Shown: positions 53,593 through 64,000 of the stretch, piece after piece
How the letters are laid out: each line of letters starts with the position of its first letter
How positions within the stretch are numbered: position 1 is the first letter of the stretch
From: Octopus vulgaris
Lineage: Eukaryota
NCBI GenBank assembly: GCA_951406725.2
Contig: OX597815.1
Span: 110,112,001-110,176,000, forward strand
Length of the DNA stretch: 64,000 bases
Direction: 5' to 3'
Notes under the pieces: model-generated
Told to the model about the DNA's origin: nothing
What the model saw: only the letters and a program-made list of their open reading frames with translations
Databases searched by the model: none
Translations under genes and position numbers: made by a program

Positions 53593-54864
53593 ATGTCCTT
53601 TCAATCTCCTCTCAGTGTAGATAACACCTCTGCTCTTTTATCTTCCCCCACTTCACAAACTTGTTCTACAACCACATCAGAATATGCCTCTACACTAACA
53701 TCCGACATCGATTCGCTCAGTGCCGCTGCAGCAACTGCTGCCACAACTACAGCAGCAGCGGCTGCTGCAGCTGCTATTGCAGCAGCATCGTCTTACGAAA
53801 ATATGTTCAGTTCAATATTTCTTACTAGTACCACAGCAGGGCCCGTGGCGAATTCGAACCGGTCATTGAAGTTGGATGACGCAGCAGTTTTAAACAGTGA
53901 CACTAAATCTTCTCAGAATTCTATTTGCCACGGACAAAATGTTTATAAGAGAGTTCCTGACACAATGCCATTTGGGATATTTGGTAATGCAACTTCTGAT
54001 TTGAAAACGCCGGTGGATATAAATGCTGGTATATCGCAGTCGACTTGGCTCCAATTACACAAGTCCTCTCAAAATTGGTACAGTACGGCAGAGGTTATTG
54101 CAACTTCCGGAGGAAATAGGTACTGTGTAACACCAAATAATTATGGTAACCATTTGCCCTGTCATCAACAAACAAGAAATTACCAAATCTTAGATTCGCT
54201 GGTCAATACATTTCCAGACATTTATTTTTCATCAAGTCACCAAATAGGTCATCAGCTTTTCTCAGGATTTTGTCATTCAACGGCCATGATGCATATGTCC
54301 AATCAGGTTTCATATCCCGTCTCACTTAGTTCCTACTTAAACGGAAAACACAACCTAGAAGGCACATACTCACATTCACATCGTCGACAGTTAGCTAGCC
54401 GATCTATTTGTGAATGTCCTAATTGCCAAGAATTTAGCAAACATGGAATATCAACAGAACATTTGAAAAAACCATTAATTCACAATTGTCATGTACCAGG
54501 ATGTGGTAAAGTTTACAGCAAATCTTCACACTTGAAAGCTCATCTTCGTTGGCATACGGGTGAGCGTCCGTTCGTTTGTAACTGGCTCTTTTGTGGGAAA
54601 AGATTCTCGAGATCTGATGAGCTTCAGCGCCATTTTCGTACTCATACTGGCGAAAAGAGATTTACATGTCCTATGTGCAATAGGCGATTTACACGGAGCG
54701 ATCATCTTAGTAAACACATAAAGATCCACAGTTCTAGAACATGTATCGGTGACCAGCAAGGCAACATAAGTGGTGGAGACTCCGGTAGTGAATCAGACGG
54801 AGGAATGCAACCAACACAAATCGTTACAAACTATCCGCAAGCCACCATAATGAGCAAGAATTAA
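53593..54864 (+). CDS. SP6-9: Sp/buttonhead-family C2H2 zinc-finger transcription factor, Sp6-9 (Sp8/Sp9-like) clade, 423 aa
   Basis: Btd box [10 protein letters not shown] (~54403-54432) followed by three C2H2 fingers [83 protein letters not shown] (54481-54729). [14 protein letters not shown] and KRFxCPxC match Sp6-9. N-terminal poly-Ala/Ser-Thr tract. Uninterrupted ORF with an in-frame stop upstream at 53524-53526. An extra upstream exon cannot be excluded. Confidence 0.93.
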   Translation: MSFQSPLSVDNTSALLSSPTSQTCSTTTSEYASTLTSDIDSLSAAAATAATTTAAAAAAAAIAAASSYENMFSSIFLTSTTAGPVANSNRSLKLDDAAVLNSDTKSSQNSICHGQNVYKRVPDTMPFGIFGNATSDLKTPVDINAGISQSTWLQLHKSSQNWYSTAEVIATSGGNRYCVTPNNYGNHLPCHQQTRNYQILDSLVNTFPDIYFSSSHQIGHQLFSGFCHSTAMMHMSNQVSYPVSLSSYLNGKHNLEGTYSHSHRRQLASRSICECPNCQEFSKHGISTEHLKKPLIHNCHVPGCGKVYSKSSHLKAHLRWHTGERPFVCNWLFCGKRFSRSDELQRHFRTHTGEKRFTCPMCNRRFTRSDHLSKHIKIHSSRTCIGDQQGNISGGDSGSESDGGMQPTQIVTNYPQATIMSKN

Positions 54865-54874
54865 ATAATCTCGA

Positions 54875-55079
54875 AATAAAATTTCGATCACGTCTAATCA
54901 AGCATGAACTTTAAAAGCATGTAAATCAAAGACACTGATTCTTATTTAATACTATTGGATACTGAAATTTTAATTTTAAATACTTTAAAGTATTTCGTAG
55001 ATATGAATAATATTTTCTGTAATGTGAATGTGAAGTTCACTATGTTTTCCAATGAATCAATCCTTAATTTTGCAATAAA
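54875..55079 (+). promoter_or_regulatory. Candidate polyadenylation signals for the Sp gene
   Basis: AATAAA at 54875-54880 and 55074-55079 downstream of the stop. The AT-rich background makes chance hits likely. Confidence 0.3.
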
Positions 55080-55542
55080 TACTTTTCATAATCCGTTTGT
55101 AATAATGAGTAAATCTATATTCATGCCTCGAAATATACGTTTACAAATGTTAATACACACTCGCACTTACACGTATACACACATGATAATTACTTCCTGT
55201 TAGATGATAAATGGCTCATTAGTCATAGCTCAGGCACTCAAAGACAGTTAAAAGAAACTAATTAAATGTGATGAGGAGATAACTCTACATCGTTGAATTA
55301 TAACTTACATAACACGCATACCGCTCTTTGAGTATCCATATCCAAATACCCATTGATAGGTAAAAGAAAGATGATCAGAAATGATTTGAAGCGTGAGTCT
55401 TAATTTTTTTTTTTCAGAATACTTTCTCCTAAACTTTTCGCTTAGAAGACATTGAACAGAGAGTAGAGATTTCATTTTGGAATTATCGTACTGTGTCTTT
55501 TGACAGAGTACCCAGACTTAATATTACCATTCCCTGCGATAA

Positions 55543-55590
<48 letters not shown>

Positions 55591-55658
55591 GTACACATAT
55601 ACATACATACATATATATATATACATATATATATACATACATATATATATGCATGTCT

Positions 55659-55708
<50 letters not shown>

Positions 55709-57009
55709 TATGTATGTATGCGTGTGTATGCGTGTGTAAATGTATGTACATAGTTTACACTACTATTAATATGTGTTTGATTCCATAAGCGTCTCTCAAG
55801 CTGCGAAAAATAGTTACCGCATATATCTCAAATAACATTCTTCTTTCACAAATGGAATGCTTTTTATTTTATATTAGAGAATCATACCATACACTGCGAC
55901 AGTAACTTAGATATGATTTTACAAGGAAACAACATTGTAAGGATAATATTTTAGTAGGCAATTTCAGATCGCAAATGTCTTTTAGATTTCCTCAATTGTA
56001 TTTACCATTTATTGTTATTGACATATATATGCGTCTATATGTGTATTGTTAAATATATAGAAAGCTTACGAAGATTAACATATTAATATATATTAGGAAA
56101 ACCGCAATATACTAACAATTGTAGCTCACCAAATATCAAATCAATCACTGTTTCGTAGCAGGGAATTAAATAATATCACATTAAGATTATAGATAGATTC
56201 ATTGCTCACTTGGCATTCAGCTGATAGATTACTGTAGTCTAATACAGTAACGTAGTGCACTCAAATTCTAACATTAATTAAGATAGATTAAACAACAGAT
56301 CTTATCACTAATCTCTTACACCCAAGGAAATTAGTTCTCAATAAACTCCTTTCTGATCCCGTGTATTTCCTGCTGTTCTCCCGTTATAAGTATTTCAGAG
56401 AAACATTAGCAAATGCCGATCCCAACGACCACGGCATATTTACGTGGGCTATGGCTCTTACTCCAATAGACCATACCAATAAACATTAACAACAATAACA
56501 ACATGTCATATAAAAGTCGATCATATAACCGTTTAAACCAAAGTGCATCTATCGTCTCTTCTTGTTAGATAAAGCTATATAAATGTTTTGAGAGAGGCAA
56601 ATGGAGAGTTCATCCTCATTACATATGAGTTGGACAACTAAATATGTGGTCACTTAATCACTAGCTATCAGGCTATTCTACAGTATATCTAATGCATTAA
56701 AGTGTCACACTTATGTTTGCTGAGAATTAATTTCATGAATACGAACTAATATGAATTAATTAGAATGAGAAAGTGAATTAATTAGGAGAAATTAATTATA
56801 AATGATGTGACATTTTAAGCATTGAATTAGGACAAGAAGCCATTAAATACACAATAGATGAAAAATTTTATTTAGAAATAATAATATTAAAAATGTTATA
56901 TACTCGGACAACAAAAATCTGTCTGAGCTGCTTTTGTGAAAGAACATTCCAATAAACAATTGCCCTAAAGTACAAAAATGAGTCCAGGTTTCGTTAGAAG
57001 GGATAGAAT

Positions 57010-57385
57010 TACACGCCGGGCGAAATGCTTAGCGGTATTTCGTCTGCCGCTGCGTTCTGAGTTCAAATTCCGCCGAGGTCGACTTTGCCTTTCATCCTTT
57101 CGGGGTCGATTAATAAGTATCAGTTATGCACGCACTGGGGTCGATATAATCGACTTAATCCGTTTGTCTGTCTTTGTTTGTCCTCTATGTGTTCAGCCCC
57201 TTGTGGGTAGTAAAGAAATAGGTATTCCGTCTGTCATTACGTTCTGAGTTCAAATTCCGCCGAGGTCGACTTTGCATTTCACCATTTCGGGGTAGATAAA
57301 TTAAGTACAAGTTGCGTAATGGGGTCGATGTAATCGACTGGCTCCTCCCCCAAAATTGCGGGCCTTGTGACAAGAGTAGAAATTA
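57010..57385 (+). mobile_element. tRNA-derived SINE family B (Meta/MESC-like central domain), nested/dimeric
   Basis: Two consecutive CGTTCTGAGTTCAAATTCCGCCGAGGTCGACTTTGC.TTTCA.C.TTTCGGGGT.GAT units with different tails. Confidence 0.88.
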
Positions 57386-57758
57386 ATGGATAGTATTAGA
57401 AGTCGCTATTTTCCATCTACACCAAACAACTTTAAATGCATGAACACGAAGAACCTGTACATAATCGCTAGGAAAAGCAACCACAATTTCCACAGTTCAT
57501 AACCTAACTACTTGAAAAAGAATGACATACTGGATAAGGATATACCTTGTTTTGAAACCCGGTACATTCGAACAGAAACAGCTGTATTCTCTAATCACTT
57601 CTTACCCAAACGGCTAATATATATATTTCGTATAACTCTGAAATAAGTAAAAGGTTTTGTTCGAAGTTCTGTATAGTCGACTAAAATCTTTAAAACGAAG
57701 CCTCAGTACTGGTCCAGGTCAATAACGGATTTTAGTAAAAAAGTGATTGAGCACAAAC

Positions 57759-57845
<87 letters not shown>

Positions 57846-57972
57846 TTATCTATCAATTTTGAATTCTATCCATCCATCCATCCATCCATACATACATACA
57901 TACATACCTACATCCATCCATCCATCCATCCATCCATCCATACATACATACATACATACATACATACATACA

Positions 57973-58006
<34 letters not shown>

Positions 58007-58548
58007 CTTACGTACGCACGTACGTACGTACACGCATTTATATATAAATATACGTTAAATGCATTTATGAAGTTTTGTATATAGATACATACATGTGTAT
58101 ATGTTGTATGTGTGTGTGCGTGCGCGTAATTGAAATGCAAATTTATGTCGATTACTTGCGATGATTTTACCTGTATGAGTAAATGAAATTATGTTTGATA
58201 AACTAACCAACAAGAAAGATTAGTTTTATAAAATTGGATGAATATTGCAAATTATCACAAATATATTAAACAACCAGCACAGCAGAATCTGAACAACTGT
58301 AACACTACAACACACGCACACACACATGCACTTACGCACACACACACACATACACACACAGGAGCACACACGCATGCGCAGAGACTCACACACACACACA
58401 CAGACTCTCTCACACATACACGTACGCATTATTTTATATTGAAGAGATAAATATGCATGTTTAAACACATATTTATAGGTAAGTACAAATATGCTAACTT
58501 GCAGGCAGAAGCAAAATGATATGCTTATCTGATGTGAGTTTGTGTGTG

Positions 58549-58634
<86 letters not shown>

Positions 58635-58746
58635 CGTGTGTGCCTGTGTATCAATACATGCATACACAACATGCATATCCACACATACACAGACTGAAAC
58701 ACGTATATATAGAGATATACATACATGCATACATATATATATATGC

Positions 58747-58782
<36 letters not shown>

Positions 58783-59549
58783 GTGTGTGTGTGTGTGTAT
58801 TTGTGTGTATGTATATGTGTATGTATATGTGTATATGATCGTATGTGTATATATATATATATATATATATACACTCACATACATATATATGTATGTATGT
58901 ATGTACGTAAGTACATAGAGAAGACAGCGATATTCCTAGGTAAATTCATACACATTGTTACATAAGTGTACACATCCATAGACATATTCCTTTGTATGAA
59001 GTCCTTTGCCTGTATACGCAATCAAAATTGTATATTTCACCGTGGATAAATGAAACGGGTTTTCAGTGATAGAGCTTGGCCTATATTTAAGCTATGAAAG
59101 ATGAAAGCTGCCGAATTATATTTCAGCGTATTGCAATATCTATCGAATGAATGAATTCCAGTTAATTGCTAGACTAAATATATGGTGTAAGTCGGCTAAT
59201 TGATCTATTATGTGACAACAGTAGCCGTTCACTCGATGATGCAATTGCTCTTACATAAGTATGTATGTATGCATATGTATGCGTATATTGATATATGAAT
59301 ATATGCATATAAATGACTGCTGACGCACACATTCATACAGATGAACGTGTATATATATATATATATATATATATATGAAGATATAAATATAGAATGTATA
59401 TAACATATCTGTGTGTGCGTATATATATATATATATATATATACATATGTATATATACATATATGTATATATACACATATATATATATATGTATGCATAT
59501 ATGCATATATATATGCATATATGAATATATATGTATATATGTATGTATA

Positions 59550-59587
<38 letters not shown>

Positions 59588-60959
59588 CATATACATATAT
59601 ACATACATATACATACCTGTACATCTTTGCATATAGGTATATTCGTATGTATGTATATGTATGTATATATATTTCCACATTCTCGTTTTCCGTACGACAA
59701 TTGATAATTTATATGAATCCAATAAAATTGGCAAATCTCTTACTTCTACGATGAAGAACCTCACTGATTGGATAAATTAAGACGTTGGAGAAGGGAAGAA
59801 GACACACATATTGCCATTATTCATTTTCTTACTTATTTTATTATTATGATTGTTGATATTGCTCCTATTATATCTGTGTAGTACACCAACTTATTATTGA
59901 CTTATTGGTAAAAAGAAAAAAAAAAGGATTTACCATCTCAATAATTCATTCATTCATATTTCTTAAAATTTCTGACTTGTAATAGATTTAATAATTCAAT
60001 ATTTTTTCATAGGGTTTTGTTAATCGAAAGGAACATTGAAGACGTTAGTGACTGTTAAGACTAGGATGATTGATGTTAAGTACGGATATATGTAAAATGA
60101 CGTCTGCATGGAAGCAGTCACATTATGTATTCCACACGGAGAAAGACAGCGAACAAAATTTCACCTATGCAATGACATGCCCAATAGAAATGGCTGACAA
60201 AACTCCTTCAAATCGCATCTTACCGTTTTAAAAATGGAAGTATACATTGCATAAGTTAGTCTCAGAATCGACATCACGAACAACATAAATACGGAAACGA
60301 TACTGTATATAATATAATCCTACACAGGAAATTGTCGCTTTTAGACTACCTTTAAAGACAGGTCAGCTAGGCTTGGATGGAGTCAGAGAAAAATATCTGA
60401 TCTTGTTATTGTTGGGTATCCTCAAATACTTCATGAACTTTTGATACACACACACCCACTTGTGCATTTGTGAAGATTTATTCTGTTTTGTAGATTTTGC
60501 ATCATCCAAAAATTCTTTGATATTTAATTTCAACTTATTAAAAAAAAACCACGTGTTAGTAATTAATGCCTTGAAGTTCTAATTACAATGGTCTTGTATT
60601 ACCTTTGACCAACTTTTAGATTAGCATAACAACTAAGCTTCTAGCTGAACCAACTAGGATCCTTCTTTCATCTTCACCTCAATGAATTGTGTCCATCGCA
60701 CTGCTTAACACCATCACCTTGCACCTAATGTAGCTTTAATGTAATTGGGGAAATAAAATAATTTCTTGTATTGCAAGAGTTCTTTTGAATTAGACCTTCT
60801 TGAAGAAAAGCAAAAAAGCATTGTTGTCAATAGCATTAATATCAGCATTATAATCTAGATGCCAGTTTATTTAGTATATCAATCCGTAAAATTTATAAAT
60901 AAGAACGATGTTTCAGCTATATAAACAACAGCTATATATTCGTAGCTCTAAATCTTAGA

Positions 60960-62670
60960 ATGGTCTTCTCTAGGATACAATGCAGTTTGCTATAGAGATT
61001 AAGTAGCCCCGGTGATGAAAGATGAAAGGTTGTAAACGGAGGAGGTCCGTGCTAGATTAACTGTAAGAGACATTAAGAATGACGAGGGGGATTTTTCAAG
61101 GCAACAGCGTCTCTCTTAATGATTCGTTTTATGCATGATTCCTTTAATATTGCTACCGAGAAAAATAACATTTGTATAAAGAAGAAAAACAGAAAAAGAG
61201 CAACTGTCTATTATTTATTGATGATTTCAAACTGTATTTTAAGGTTTAAGCTCAGGCCATTTTTTTAGTGAACACAATTCATAGTCTTGGCAACGACATG
61301 AAAACAGAATTTGATTTAAAGAAGTGTGGAGTAATATTCTTGACAAGAGGGAAGATCACCAGGCTTAAAGATATAGAGTTACCATCAGGGGAAATTATGA
61401 GAAGAACTGACGACGTTGAATATAAATAACTTGGCATATTGGAAGGGAATGAAGTGATAGAAGATGAAATGAAGAACAAATTTATGCAAGAGTATATCCG
61501 AAGACTTAGACTGGAGCGGCGTTCAGAACTGATTGGAAGAAATAAGTTTCAAGCAATCAATACGTGGATGATTCCCTTATTGAACTATGATTCAGTTACT
61601 GGAGGAAAGAGGAGTTAAATAGACTAAGCCGAAAATTAATGACAAACCAAGCAGCATTTCATCCTAAATGGGATACTGACAGGCAATAACTAATTAGGCA
61701 CAATAGTGGGCGAGAGTGAATTAGCTGTAAAAGTTGTATATGCTCAGAAAGAAATAGCTGGGGATGGTATATCAAGACAGCTATTGAAAAGTTGCTGGTT
61801 CAGGGGAAAATATTTGTTAAAGTCAAGAGAGATAGGAGCGCATAGAAGAATATACTAAGGAAGGCGAAAAGAAATGAAATGGTAAAAAGATGCACGATTC
61901 CTGTGGCAAGTGGCGCTGGCTATGGATGTAACTTAAAGCCAGAGACAATGGTATGTGCACAAGAAAAAAACACTTGGGACAAATTCCTAAAAAAGCATTA
62001 TTGGCTACACAATTGATTGTGACGAATGCAGGCTGTGCGGTAATAAAAGTGAAACTCTATGGCATATAGTAATTGAGTGCTCAAAGTTGGCGAAAATAAA
62101 AATTATTTCATAAGAAGATACAAAAATGTGCAAAAATGAAGATACAAGGGTGATTAATTGGGAGCTGCGTCTCAAGCATGGGTTGGATACAACAAAGACG
62201 TGGAAAGGAAGATCCTAAAAAGAGTAATTAAGAATGACAAGGGAAAGTTAATGATCCAGTATGATCACAAAAGTGAACATCGACATCCAGACAGAGTGGA
62301 CGAACAAAAGTTTTTAATCATATAAACTGTATACCGTGAAGACTACACGATATCGGAAGAAATATGATGATTTGAAGTGGGAAATGAAAAAAAAAACTGT
62401 GGTCATACCAGGTGAGTGTTTTACCCACTGTTGTTGGAGCCTTGAATACTTATACGCACGAATCTCGGAAACGGGACAGAAAAGATACGTATAAACGTAA
62501 AGATAGAGCATTTACAGAAAACAGTGTTGCCCGGAACAGCACAAATTATCTGAAGAGTTCTCGATATAAGAATGAAAAATATTACCTCAGTCCACAGGTT
62601 GCGGACAGCTGACACCTTGCTACATTCTTCAGCGAAATTGCCGTGTTGTTCAAAAGTAATAAAAATGATG
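60960..62670 (+). mobile_element. R4/Dong-like LINE remnant with RT, CCHC and RLE domains
   Basis: RGIFQG (~61085), LLFIDDFKLY (~61208), FDLKKC, EYK*LGI, QEYIRRLR, NKFQAINTW, CRLCGNKSETLWHIVIECSKLA (~62027), HRHPD, LQKTVL.GTA. Heavily decayed. Confidence 0.85.
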
Positions 62671-62753
62671 ATGACGACAACAAATATTACTTCTTTTGTA
62701 ACCACTACCACCACCACCGCCACCACCACCACCACCACCACTACTACTACTAG

Positions 62754-62792
<39 letters not shown>

Positions 62793-63530
62793 CGCTGCTA
62801 CTGTTGATGCAGTTGCTATGAGTAATCATAAGTATTGGGAGCAGAAGAAGAAGAAGAAGAAGAAGAAGAAGAAGAAGAAGAAGAAGAAGAAGAAGAAGAA
62901 GAAGAAATTCTTCTGTTGTGCATTGAAATGCATTGTGATAGTACACTTATTGTTAAAATGCCGATTTTCGTTCCACAACATCGTCACTCCTGAAAATGGG
63001 TGGAGTTGCTAAAGAATAAAGCTTTTGTCTCTGACTAGATGTAATGGCTGATTTTTTCATTGTTTTCTAAAATATTACTTAAATTCTTAGGACCACTAGT
63101 TTCATTCAATGTTAAGCGCAGGAAACGATATGGGAATTATAATGTGCTCAAGAAATTTGTGAAAATAGTTAGAAAGATTATGTTATTTAATCAATAGAAG
63201 AACTTAAGTATACGCACAACACACAAAATCAAGGAGACAAAATTACTCTCTCGTTCGCACGCACAGCATCAACATTAATTGCAAAATATAGTCACCTTAT
63301 ACACCTACATTAATAAACACATACGTATGTGTTGGTGTGTGTGTGTGTGTGTGTGTATTTATGTATATACACATATGGATGCATGCATGTTGGTGTGTAC
63401 CTGTTTGTGTGTGTTTGCTATCGACATCATTGTAATGTTCCGATTTATGAAATTACGAAATCCGCATCAAAACATCCATCCATCCATCCATCCATCCATC
63501 CATACATACATACATACATACATACATACA

Positions 63531-63592
<62 letters not shown>

Positions 63593-63595
<3 letters not shown>

Positions 63596-63963
63596 AGGCG
63601 TAATGGCCCGATGGTTAAGGCACCGGCTCGCAGTCGTAGGATCGCCGTTTCGATTCCCAGACCGGGCGTTGTGAGTGTTTATTGAACGAAAACACTTAAA
63701 GCTCCACGAGGCTCCGGCAGCGGTTGGTGGCGAACCCTGCTGTACTCTTTCACCACAAATTTCTCTCACTCTTTCTTCCTGTGTCTGTTGTACCTGTATT
63801 TCAAAGAGCCAGCCTTGTCACAGTCTGTGTCATGCTGAATCTCCCTGGTTAAGGTTACATGCGTCTGTGGAGTGCTCAGTCATTTGCACGTTAATTTCAT
63901 GAGCAGGCTGCTCCGTTGATCGGATCAACTGGAACCTTCGTCGTCGTAACCGACGGAATGCCG
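63593..63963 (+). mobile_element. tRNA-derived SINE family C, full length
   Basis: TGGCCCGATGG A box, GTTTCGATTCC B box, tail TCAACTGGAACCTTCGTCGTCGTAACCGACGGA; flanked by (TG)n and (TA)n. Confidence 0.9.
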
Positions 63964-64000
63964 CGATATATATATATATGTGCTCAATAAATTTGTGAAA

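Noticed and set aside
54526-54759. Antisense 77-aa ORF
   Set aside because: Shadow of the zinc-finger coding strand.
57545-57595. GAAACAGCTGTA preceded by a hairpin
   Set aside because: No recognisable core or helix I; at most a heavily decayed copy.

Overview
AT-rich eukaryotic animal DNA, extremely rich in microsatellites ((TA)n, (CA)n, (GA)n, (CATA)n, (GAA)n, (TAA)n). The SINE repertoire and microsatellite load suggest an octopus or other coleoid cephalopod (inference). The only clear host gene is a single-ORF Sp/buttonhead-family zinc-finger transcription factor of the Sp6-9 (Sp8/Sp9-like) clade at 53593-54864 (+). It sits in a long, apparently gene-free region; a short first coding exon of a second, divergently oriented gene may lie at 8350-8385 (-). 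The rest is mobile DNA: a full-length but dead Tc1 transposon, a hAT MITE, a Helentron-type HINE, a Penelope-like element (RT C-terminus + GIY-YIG) inserted into (TA)n, several restriction-endonuclease-type (R4/Dong/NeSL-like) LINE remnants, an L1/Tx1-like 3' fragment, and many copies of at least four SINE families. The most striking unannotated signal is about 10 minimal type-I hammerhead ribozyme motifs read by eye (core CUGANGA or variant, helix II, GAAA, palindromic helix III, NUH). Most lie in short, microsatellite-anchored, partly tandem or inverted units. One lies at the 3' end of the Penelope-like element, which points to a PLE/retrozyme system. Nearly all other ORFs in the track are microsatellite translations.
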